Below, piece by piece: positions 52,459 to 64,000 of a DNA stretch of 64,000 bases. The stretch covers positions 768,001-832,000 of the forward strand of contig CAVYBH010000008.1 of assembly GCA_963766715.1 (NCBI GenBank). Direction: 5' to 3'. The first letter of the stretch is position 1. Every line of letters begins with the position of its first letter. Below the pieces are notes generated by a model, which saw nothing but the letters and a program-made list of their open reading frames with translations, was not told the DNA's origin and ran no database searches. Origin of the DNA: an uncultured delta proteobacterium (GTDB taxonomy: Bacteria; Myxococcota; Myxococcia; Myxococcales; Anaeromyxobacteraceae). A program made the position numbers and the translations under genes.

Positions 52459-54890
52459 CTACTGGATGACCCCGGTCGAGGTGGCGAGCTTGTTCACGAG
52501 CGCCTGCATGTCGGCGGCCTGCACGCCCGAGTGGTTCATGGGGGAGCCGATGAACGTGCCCATGGCCGTGGAAAGCCCGGTGGTTCCGGCGCCCGGCTGC
52601 ATCATGGTGCCGCCGCCCATCATGCCTCCCCCCATCCCGCCCATGGAGACGGACGTGGAGCCCATCATCCCGTTCATCGTGCCGTCCGAGGCGTCCTGCA
52701 TCATCGAGGTCACCATCCCGGACGACGACACGGTCATCCCGACGGTCTTCGCGTACTGCGACATGGCGGCGATGGACATGCCGTAGTTCTTCTGGCCCTG
52801 GGTCGCGCCGGCGCCGGAACCCGGGGTCGCCGGGTCCATTGGCGAGGTCGTGAGGATGTCGCCCACCATGAAGTAGTTGCCCACCGCCCCGTTCGCCGTC
52901 CCGGCGTTCGCGGCCGTCATCCCGCCCGGCATGTACTGCGCCATCATCTGGGCCATGGAGGTGAGCGGCGTCACCTGGACGCCCGTCGCGGTCGAGCCCG
53001 CCGCGAACGAGGGGATGCAGGCCGTCATCACGTCCCCCGCCTGCATGGTCATCGGGGTGCCCGTGGCCTCGTCGGCAAAGGAGCCCCCGGTCACCTGGAG
53101 CATCACCGTCCCCGCGTAGGCGCCGAGCGGCATGGTGAACTTCCCCGAGGCGTCGACGGTGGCCGTACCGATGGGCGGCCCCATCGTGCCGTTCGCGACG
53201 GCGTGGGCCGTCACGGCGCCGGAGGACATGGCGCCCATGAAGGCGGTGCCGGACATCGTGCCGTGAGGGGTGGTCCCGCCCCCGGCGCCGGGGAGCTGTC
53301 CGCTCGACCCGGCGAGCTGGGTCATGAGCGCCTGCATGTCCGCCACCGTCACGCCCGACCGGTTCATGGCGGAGCCGATGAACGTGCCCATCGCGGTGGA
53401 GAGGCCGGAGGTGCCGGCCGTGGGCTGCATCGTCCCGCCCATCATGCCGCCCATCCCCGCCATCGAGATGGCCGTCGAGCCCATCATCCCGTCCAGGATG
53501 CCGTCCGAGGCGTCGTTCATCATGGCGGTCACCATGCCGGAGGACGACGTCGTCATGCCCTGCGTCTTCGCGTACTGGGACATGGCGGCGATGGCCATGC
53601 CGTGGTTCTTCTGATCCTGGGTGGCGGCGGCGCCCGAGCCCGCGACGGTCGGGTCCATGGGCATGGTGTGCAGGATGTCGCTCACGGAGAAGTACGTCCC
53701 GACCGCGCCGTGGGCGGTGGCGATGTTGGCGTCGGTCATGCCGCCGGTCATGGCCCTCGCCCGGGCGCTCGCCATCGAGGTGAGCGGCGTCATCTGGATG
53801 CCCGTGGTCGTCGAGCCGGAGGCGAGGGCCGGTACGCATGCCGCGATCAGGTCGCCGGAGAGCATCGGCATCGTGGAGCCGGTCGCCTCGTCGGTGTAGG
53901 CGCCGCCCGTCATCTGGAGCATCACCGAGCCGCCGTAGCTGCCCATGCGGCACGCTGAAGTTGCCGCTGGCGTCGGTCGGCGCGCTGCCGAGCTGGGCGC
54001 CCATCATCCCGTTGGCGATGGCGTACGCCGTGACCGTCGCTCCTCCGACCGGTCCCTTGGTGGCCGTCCCGGAGATCATCCCGGTCATCGTGCCGCCGCC
54101 GCCGGGGGCCGCGCCGGCTCGCCGCGGCGAGCTGATCGACGAGCGGCTGCATGCTGGCCATCGTGACGCCGGACACGTTCCTCGCAGACCCCACGAAGGC
54201 GGTCATCGCCGTCGCGAGCCCCGACGTGCCTGCCGTGGCCTGCATCATCGTCCCCGCCGTCATCCCGCCGCCCATGGCGATGACGGTGGCGCCCATCTTG
54301 CCGTCCATCACGCCGTCGGAGGCGTCGTCCGCCATGGCGGTGACGATGCCGGACGAGCTCGGCATCCCGATGGACTGCGCGTACTGGGACATGGCGGCGA
54401 TCGCCATCCCGTAGTTCTTCGCGTCCTGGCTGGCCCCGGTCCCCGACCCGGCCACGGAGCGGGTTCATCGGAGCCGTGTGGAGGATGTCACTCACGGAGA
54501 AGTAGGCGCCCATCGCCCCGTTCGCGGCGGCGATGCTGGCGGCGGTGATGCCCCCGGCCATGTGGTGCACGCGGGCGTGGGCCATCGTGGTGAGCGGGGT
54601 CATCTGGATGCCGGTGATCGCGCCCCCGGCCGTCACCGAGGGGATGGCGGCCGCCATCACGTCCCCGGCCTGCATGGTCATCGTCGTCCCGGTGGCGAGG
54701 TCGACGTAGGCGCCGCCGCTCGCCTGGAGCATCATCGGGCCGGCGTAGTCGCCGATCGAGACGTGGAAGTTCCCCGACGAGTCGGAGGTGCCGCCGCCCA
54801 CCTGCGCGCCCATCGTTCCGTTCGTGATGGCGTAGGCCGTGACCGCGGCGCCGCTCACCGGCCCGTTCACCACCGTGCCGCTGACGGTGC
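52459..54890 (-). repeat. Three intragenic direct repeats of about 800 bp
   Basis: Units at about 54890-54110, 54090-53290 and 53265-52459 share DNA blocks such as gcgtactg(g/c)gacatggcggcgat and gtgagcgg(c/g)gtca. Confidence 0.85.
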
Positions 54891-55003
54891 CGACGGTGGC
54901 TGGGGGTGGGGTCGTGGTGGCGCCTCCGCTGCCTCCCCCGCAAGCGGCCAGGAAGAGGGTGGAACCGACCAGGGCGGCCAGGGTGCGCGTTGCGGAGGGT
55001 CAC
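52459..55003 (-). CDS. Large Met/Gly-rich lipoprotein made of three tandem modules of about 270 aa (frameshifted)
   Basis: Lipobox LFLAACGGG; recurring VTAxAxxNGxMG, GxQxTPLT, KNxGMxIAAMSQYA, DASDG motifs. Confidence 0.8.
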
Positions 55004-55194
55004 GGGAGCCTTTCCATCGCGCCTGGCGGCTGCCGGGCACGGGTCATTGCGGGTGCAACGAGTGGACAGCTACTTAACGCCGCAGCCGTCGAAAAGCTTC
55101 CGGCCGCGGGAGATCCCGAGTGATTTCGGGGGTCCAGCGGGATGTGCGCCACGGGCGGGTCCGCCGATACATTCCCCGGGGAAACGGAGGGCCC

Positions 55195-55680
55195 GTGCTC
55201 GAGCGGCTCGCCAGGTCGAACGCGCCCGCCGCCGTGGTCCTGGTCCGGATCGCGGTGGGCTGGATCTTCCTCTCCGAGGGGATCCAGAAGTTCCTCTACC
55301 CGGACCTGCTCGGAGCCGGCCGGTTCGCGCGGATCGGGATCCCGGCTCCGCTGCTGACGGGACCCTTCGTCGGAGGCGTCGAGATCGCCTGCGGGCTGCT
55401 GGTCCTCGTCGGCCTCCTGACGCGAGCGGCGGCGCTCCTGCTCCTCGTGAACATCTCCGTCGCCATCCTGTCCACGAAGATCCCCGTCCTGCTCGGCCAT
55501 GGTTACTGGATCTTCAGCACGCCCAGGGTCGCCCGGTATGGCTTCTGGGGGATGTCGAGCGAGATTCGCACCGACCTCGCCATGCTCCTGGGGACCTCCT
55601 TCCTCGTGATTGTCGGTGCGGGCCCGGCCTCGGTCGACCACCTCCTGTCCCGGACGACCGGGCGTGGACCCCGCCGGTGA
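55195..55680 (+). CDS. DoxX family membrane protein
   Basis: VRIAVGWIFLSEGIQKF, GRFARIGIP, EIRTDLAM, GAGPASVD. Confidence 0.9.
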   Translation: MLERLARSNAPAAVVLVRIAVGWIFLSEGIQKFLYPDLLGAGRFARIGIPAPLLTGPFVGGVEIACGLLVLVGLLTRAAALLLLVNISVAILSTKIPVLLGHGYWIFSTPRVARYGFWGMSSEIRTDLAMLLGTSFLVIVGAGPASVDHLLSRTTGRGPRR

Positions 55681-56444
55681 GGGCGAGGCGATCCGGGGCG
55701 TTCGCCGCCGCGTTCATTTTCGCCGCCGCTCTCGCCGGCCCGGCGACCGCCGGCCCCCCGTACACGACGGACGACCCGGAGCCGGTCGAGCTCCATCACT
55801 GGGAGATCTACCTCGCGAGCCAGGACTTCTTCTCCGCGGGGGGCGCCTGGTCCGGGGCGCTTCCCATGGTGGAGGTGAACTTCGGGGCGCTCCCCCAGGT
55901 CCAGCTCCACCTCATCGCCCCTCTGGCCTACGACCGGGCTCCCGGCGGCCCGATGACCTGCGGCTACGGCGACACCGAGCTCGGCGTGAAGTGGCGGTTC
56001 GTCCAGGAGGGTGACTGGGTCCCGATGATCGGAACCTTCCCGCTCGTCGAGCTTCCCACGGGAAACCTCTCCCGCGGGCTGGGTACCGGCAGCACCCGGC
56101 TCTTCGTTCCCCTGTGGCTCCAGAAGAGCTTCGGGGCGTGGACGACCTACGGGGGCGGTGGCTACTGGGTGAACCCGGGAAGCGGGAACCGGAACTACTG
56201 GTTCTTCGGTTGGCAGGGACAGTGCCGCCTCGGCGAGGCCGTGACGGTGGGGGCGGAGATCTTCCACACCTCCGCCGCCGAGGTCGGGGGCGGCGGGGAG
56301 ACGCGCTTCAACGCCGGCGTGGTGACGGACCTCTCCGACGTGCATCACCTGCTCTTCTCGGCCGGGACCCGCCTCGGCGCCCCGTTCGGGGGGCAGCTCT
56401 ACGTCGCCTACCAGGTGACCTTTGGACCGAAGGAGCCGGCATGA
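55677..56444 (+). CDS. Outer-membrane beta-barrel 'transporter' (phenol-pathway MetA-like)
   Basis: Signal peptide, GPPYTTDDPEP, GYGDTELGVKWRF, terminal YQVTF. Confidence 0.75.
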   Translation: MRARRSGAFAAAFIFAAALAGPATAGPPYTTDDPEPVELHHWEIYLASQDFFSAGGAWSGALPMVEVNFGALPQVQLHLIAPLAYDRAPGGPMTCGYGDTELGVKWRFVQEGDWVPMIGTFPLVELPTGNLSRGLGTGSTRLFVPLWLQKSFGAWTTYGGGGYWVNPGSGNRNYWFFGWQGQCRLGEAVTVGAEIFHTSAAEVGGGGETRFNAGVVTDLSDVHHLLFSAGTRLGAPFGGQLYVAYQVTFGPKEPA

Positions 56445-57356
56445 AGGCTCGATACGAAGCTGAAGTCGTTCGCTTTCGCCGCGCTCGTGACCCTCGTCTC
56501 CGCAGCTCGTGCGGCGCCGCCGGGGCCGACGCTCGACACGGCCCGGATCGAGCAGCTCACCGGAGCGAAGGGGCAGCTCGACGCCCGGGAGGGCGTCTTC
56601 AAGGTCTCCGTTCCCCGGAGCGACCTCCAGGTCACCGTGGCAGGCGCGAGGATGTCGCCGCCCATGGGGCTCACTTCCTGGGCGGCGTTCCGGGGAAGCC
56701 CAGGGAGGGCGATGGTGATGGGAGACCTGGTCGTCACCGAGGACCAGGTAAATCCAGTGATGAGCGTGGCGCTCGAGAGCGGACTCGCCGTCACGGCCCT
56801 CCACAACCACTTCCTGTGGGACTCGCCCCGGATCATGTTCATGCACATCGGCGGCACGGGGGACGAGAAGGCGCTCGCCTCCGGCGTGGGCAAGGTCTTC
56901 GAGACGATGAAGGCCACGGCCGGGGGGAAGGGAGTGGTCTCCTCGGCGGCCGGGATCGATCCCGCCGCGACCTCGCTCGACCCCGCCAAGATCGATGCCG
57001 CACTCGGCGTGAAAGGCACGCTGGCCCAGGGCGTCTACAAGGTCGTCCTCGGCCGGGCGACCCGGATGGACGGCGACGAGGTCGGGAACGCCATGGGCGT
57101 GAACACGTGGGCTGCGTTCGTCGGCTCGGACGACCGCGCCGTCGTCGACGGGGACTTCGCCATGCTGGAGCCCGAGCTCCAGCCCGTGCTCCAGGCGCTT
57201 CGCGGAGCGGGCATCGACGTCGTCGCGATCCACCAGCACATGGTGGGGGAGCAGCCCCGGATCGTGTTCCTCCACTACTGGGGAGTGGGCTCGACCCAGG
57301 CCCTCGCACGTGGGCTGCGCGCCGCGCTCGCCCGGACGGCGACGCCCAGGCCCTAG
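56441..57356 (+). CDS. DUF1259 (LppY/LpqO) double-domain secreted protein
   Basis: Two repeats: GLTSWAAF..GDLV..ALHNH..FMH and GVNTWAAF..GDFA..AIHQH..FLH. Confidence 0.88.
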
Positions 57357-58981
57357 GCCGGCGCGACGGGGAGCTCGATCCGGAACGTCGAGCCCTTGCC
57401 GATCTCGCTCTCGACGGTGAGCGTACCGCCGTGGGCCGTCACGATGGCGTGGCTCACCGCGAGCCCCAGCCCGGTTCCCTTTCCCACCGGGCGGGTCGTG
57501 AAGAACGGATTGAAGACGCGCTGCATCGTGCCCGGGCTCATGCCCGTCCCCCGATCGACCACCTCCAGGCGGGACATCCCGGGCGCTCCCCGTCCGAGCC
57601 GGATGGTGATCACGCCGCGTTCGCCGGGGGCGGTCGCGTGCGCCGCGTTCGCGACCAGGTTCACGAGGACCTGCTCGATCTGGCCCACCGCCGCGACGAT
57701 GTCGGGGGCTCCCTGGTCGTCGATCTCCACGGCGGCCTGCTGCGCGACGGTGGCGGACACCCATTGCATGGCGGCGCCCACCGCGTCGGCCAGGTGCACC
57801 CGCGCCCGCCTCGCATCCGGACGCCCGAAGGTGGTCAGGTCTTTCACGATTCGTGCGACCCGCCGCCCGCCTGCCTGCGCGTCGCCCAACGCCTCCTTCG
57901 CCTCCTCGAGCAGGCCCGCCATCGCGACCCGGTCGAGCCCCGCGTCGCTGCGGGCCCTCGCCTGGACCTGCTGGAGGATCCCCTGGGCCGTCTCCTGGCC
58001 GGAGAGGACGCCGGCGAGCGGGTTGTTGATCTCGTGCGCGACGCCCGCCACGAGCGTCCCCATCGCCGCCAGCCGGGAGGTGCGGTCCATCTGCTGCTGG
58101 AGCAGGGCCCGATCCCCCTCGGCGCGCTGCCGGGCCTCCTCGCTCTCCGCCAGCTTCGTGGCGAACCAGTAGGTGATGCCCGTCAGGACGACGAGGAGGA
58201 GCTCGACCACGACGGAGACGGCGAACGGCGAGTTCCAGTGGCCTCGCTGCGTGCCCCATACCCCGATCCACCCGATCAGGAGCGGAACGGCGAGGAGGGT
58301 CGGGAACATCCGCCGGAGCACCCACCCTCCCGGCGTCCGGCTGCCCACGGTCCGCATGAGGCCCTCGGCCGGGTGCAGCAGGAGGATCCCGAGGCCGAGC
58401 ACGACGAAGAGGACCGCGGTGAGCACCGCCATCTGCGTGTAGCGGCCGATGCCGAAGAGATTGGTGGCGCCGTAGGCGTACCCCGTGGTGGACAGGGTGC
58501 CGAGGAGCCCGACGAGGAGCGCGAGCGCCTGTGCGATCGAGGCCGTGCGGCGGGACCGCGCCAGCCAGCTCGAGACGCCCACCAGCAGGAACGCGACCGC
58601 GGAGGTCGGCGCCATCCGGCCGGGAGAGAGGGTTCCGACGGTGCCCTCCGGTTCCCTGAACAGCAGCTGGTCGATGCCGAGGTCGACCTGGAGGACGTAC
58701 TGGGCCAGCGTGAGGGCCCCCAGGAGCGCCGTCGCGACCGCGAGCGACCTGCCGGCGAGGCGGGAGGCCGGGCCTCGCGGGACGAGGGCGATGGAGAGGC
58801 CGCCCAGGACGAATCCCAGCGCCGTGTTGGCCTTCATGGTCACGGCGCCGGGGAGGACGCTCTTCAGCACGGGCAGGTCGAGCGCCCACCCGACGAGGAC
58901 GGAGACGCCAGCGGCGGCCGTCAGCCATCCCAGCAGGCGAGCACCCGCGGCGGGTGCCCTGGGGCCGTCGTCTTCTCTCAC
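57353..58981 (-). CDS. Multi-TM sensor histidine kinase
   Basis: TMKANTALGF and PGRMAPTSA membrane domain; LAAMGTLVAGVAHEINNPL; GTGLGLA. Confidence 0.9.
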   Translation of the reverse strand: MREDDGPRAPAAGARLLGWLTAAAGVSVLVGWALDLPVLKSVLPGAVTMKANTALGFVLGGLSIALVPRGPASRLAGRSLAVATALLGALTLAQYVLQVDLGIDQLLFREPEGTVGTLSPGRMAPTSAVAFLLVGVSSWLARSRRTASIAQALALLVGLLGTLSTTGYAYGATNLFGIGRYTQMAVLTAVLFVVLGLGILLLHPAEGLMRTVGSRTPGGWVLRRMFPTLLAVPLLIGWIGVWGTQRGHWNSPFAVSVVVELLLVVLTGITYWFATKLAESEEARQRAEGDRALLQQQMDRTSRLAAMGTLVAGVAHEINNPLAGVLSGQETAQGILQQVQARARSDAGLDRVAMAGLLEEAKEALGDAQAGGRRVARIVKDLTTFGRPDARRARVHLADAVGAAMQWVSATVAQQAAVEIDDQGAPDIVAAVGQIEQVLVNLVANAAHATAPGERGVITIRLGRGAPGMSRLEVVDRGTGMSPGTMQRVFNPFFTTRPVGKGTGLGLAVSHAIVTAHGGTLTVESEIGKGSTFRIELPVAPA

Positions 58982-59093
58982 CTTGCGCCTCGGCTGGGGT
59001 CCACCACGCTCCGGGACGATACTCCCAGGATTCGAGGCGCTCCGGGACCTCCCCTTCGGGGACACACCCGTGGGGGCCGTTGCAGGAGCAATT

Positions 59094-61840
59094 TCACGCC
59101 GAGGGTGACGCGGCCGGGAGCTCGATCCGGAAGGTCGAGCCCTTGCCGACCTCGCTCTCGACCGTGAGCGTTCCCTCGTGCGACGCGACGATGGCCTGGC
59201 TGATGGCGAGGCCGAGCCCCGTTCCCTTGTCGGCGCCGACCCGGCGTGTCGTGAAGAAGGGCTCGAAGATGCGATTGAGGATGGCGGGGGCGATCCCGAT
59301 GCCGTGGTCGACGACCTCCAGCCGCGCCATGCCCGGGGCGCCCGGACCGGTCCGCAGGAGGACCTCGTTCCGCTGCCCCTCCGGCGTGGCCCGCGCCGCG
59401 TTCGTGACCAGGTTGAGCACCACCTGCTCCAGCTGCCCCGGGGCCGCGATGACCTCCGGGGCGTCGCCGGTCCTCCACCGTGATGGACACGGTCCGTGCG
59501 ACGGCGACGGGCAGCCACCGCCTGGCTCCCTCCACGACGTCGACCAGCCGGACGCGCTGACGCCGGGAGTCGGACCTCCCGAAGATGGCCAGGTCCTTCA
59601 CGATGGTGGCGATCCGGCCGCCGCACTCCTGCGCGTCCTCCAGCGCCTCGACGACGCCGTCGAGCATGCGCCCCTCGGCCTCCCGGGAGAGCGGCGCGGA
59701 ACCGCGCATCCGCTCCCGGACCTCGCGGACGATCTCGAGCGCCAGGCCCTGGCCGGCGAGCTCGCCGGCGAGCGGGTTGTTGATCTCGTGGGCCACCCCG
59801 GCCACCAGGGTTCCCATGGCGGCGAGGCGCGCCGTGAGCGCCAGCTGGCCTTGCAGGGCGTTGCGCTCGATGTCCGCCTTCTTCCGGCTCGTGATGTCCT
59901 GGATGGTGCCGACCAGGTGGATCGGCTCTCCGCCGGCGGCTCGGAGGAGGTCGCCGATTCCCTGCACCCAGCGCGTCTCCCCGCTCCGCTGATCGACCAC
60001 CCTGTACTCGCGGTCGAATCGCGTCCCCTGCGCCAGGAGGCCGGCGAGGTACGCCTCCATCTCGGCCCGGTCGTCGGGATGGACGATCCGGAGCCAGTCC
60101 GAGGCCTTGCGCGGAAATCGCTCGTCGATGCCGAAGAGGGAATTCAGGGCCGCGGAGCTGGACCAGTGGTCCGCCTGCACGTCGAACAGGTAGTGGCCGA
60201 TCCGGGCGATGTCCTGGCTCAGGCGCAGCCACCGCTCGCTCTCCCGCAGCGAGTCGTCGGCTGCGCTTGCGGTCGGTGACGTCGAAGCTCACGCCCACCA
60301 GGGCCACCGGGCGCCCCGGGCGTCGCGGATCGCCTTGCGGCTGTCGCTGATCCAGCGGTACTCCCCGCTCTTCACCTTCCAGCGATACTCGACGTTGCTT
60401 CCGGCCTCCTGGCCCGCCTCGATGGCGGCCTGTTGCCCGGCCGGGACGTGCCGGTCCTCGGGGTGGACGCGCTCGAGGATGTCGCTCGCGCTCATGGCGC
60501 GAAGCTCTTCCACCGAGAAGCCCGTCATCGGGCCTGCGCGGGGCTCACGAACGTGTACCGACCCGACGCGGAGATCGAGGACGGTGATGCCTTCCAGCGA
60601 GTTCTCCACCACGGTCCGGAACTTCTGCTCGCTCTCGCGCAGCGCCTCCTCGACCTGCTTGCGCTCGGTCACGTCCCAGAAGACCACCTGGATGGCCGGG
60701 CCCCGCTGGTCGTGGAGCGCCGTGGCGGCCGCCTCCACGTCGAAGGCCGAGCCGTCGAGCCGGAGGAAGCGCTCCTGGAGGGGCGGGACCCTGCCGCCCG
60801 CACGGAGCGTATCCATCCGGGCGCGCACGCGGTCCCGGGCGTCTGGGTGGACGAACTCCAGCGCGGGGCGCCCCAGGATCCGCTCGGCGCTCTCGGCGCC
60901 GTGCATCGCGAGCGCGGCCCGGTTCGCGAACTCGATGCGCCCCTCGCGGTGGAGGACGACCGCGAACGGGGAGAGGTCGACGACGTCCCGGTAGCGCGCC
61001 TCGCTCGCCTTCAGCGCGGCCTCCGTCTCCTTGAGATCGGTGAGATCGGTCGTGAAGTAGTAGAGGTGCGTCACGCGGCCTTCGGGATCGCGGCCGCAGT
61101 GCACGGACGTGGAGGCCCAGTAGGTCGTCCCGTCCTTCCGGACGAACCGCCGCACCCTGGACTCGTGATCGATCTCGCCGGCGACCATCCGGCGCAGCCC
61201 CTCCATGTCCTGCTCGAAGTCCTCCGGAAGCGGCGAACTTCGTGATGGGGAGCGCGAGGTACTCCTCCCGCGTGTAGCCGGTCCTCGCCACGGCGCAGTC
61301 GTTGACGAAGAGCCTCTCCCCTCCGGGGCCGATGATGATGATCCCGACGAGCGGCGTGGCAAAGGCGCTGTGCAGGAGGTTCCGCTCGTCCCGGAGGTGC
61401 GCCTCGGCCTGCTTCCGCACGGTGACGTCGGTGAAGGTCCCGGCGAAGCGCAGCGGCTTGCCGGCGTCGTCCCGCGCCACGACCTTCCCCCGGCTGCGGA
61501 CCCACCTCTCGGACCCGTCTTCCTGGCGAACCCGGTACTCGATGTCGAGTCTCTCGGAGCGCCCCGCGATCACGTCCTGGATGGCGGGCGCGATGGTGGA
61601 CCGGTCGTCCGGCGCGACCAGGGCCGCCCATCCTTCCTGGTCGATCGTCTCGAGGGCAGGATCTCGCCCGACGATCTGGTTCCACCGGGCGTTGACATGG
61701 CTCGTGCCGGTGGTGAGGTCGGTGTCCCAGTAGCCGTCGAAGCTCCCGTCCAGGAACTGCGCCAGGCGCTCCTCGCTCTGGCGAAGGGCCTCCTGGGTAG
61801 CCGCGAGGTCGTTCGCCGGTTTCCGGGTCTCTCCGGGCAC
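59094..61840 (-). CDS. Cytoplasmic multi-PAS histidine kinase (frameshifted)
   Basis: About five PAS/PAC units, LAAMGTLVAGVAHEINNPL, FEPFFTT, GTGLGLA. Confidence 0.88.
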
Positions 61841-61908
61841 GCGGCATTTCACCACGCCTGGGCCTGCCGGTCGAATCCGCCGGTCGCGGGACGGCGCGAA
61901 GGTTCCCG

Positions 61909-64000
<2,092 letters not shown>

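Noticed and set aside
52459..54890. Repeats as a CRISPR array or an assembly duplication
   Set aside because: The units are about 800 bp, protein-coding and substantially diverged from each other, with no repeat-spacer structure.

Overview
Very GC-rich bacterial chromosomal segment. The gene content (many PAS/CHASE histidine kinases, a sigma-54 activator, a multiheme cytochrome) suggests Myxococcota/Anaeromyxobacter-like origin, which is an inference. Many genes are split by 1-bp indels, most plausibly long-read consensus errors. Contents in order: (1) an envelope gene trio. (2) A kdpFABC potassium pump operon with no KdpE, carrying a split KdpD-Usp, a KinB-like kinase and an AlgB-like sigma-54 activator, a near-consensus -24/-12 promoter with two dyad upstream sites, and two extra leader genes (a Cys4 membrane-anchored protein and a second KdpF-like peptide). 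(3) A CHASE hybrid kinase, a radical SAM protein, gene remnants and TerC. (4) A cluster of four secreted Cys-type sulfatase-family enzymes co-oriented with a HAD phosphatase, cytochrome b, a Rieske protein and a multiheme-TPR cytochrome, with no sulfatase maturase in the window. (5) An Lpp/OprI-like lipoprotein beside two L,D-transpeptidase-family genes. (6) Miscellaneous metabolic and transport genes. (7) A large Met-rich triple-repeat lipoprotein divergent from a DoxX / outer-membrane protein / DUF1259 operon. (8) Several orphan histidine kinases. No rRNA, tRNA, CRISPR array or transposase was recognised. Family assignments come from motif recognition, not database searches.
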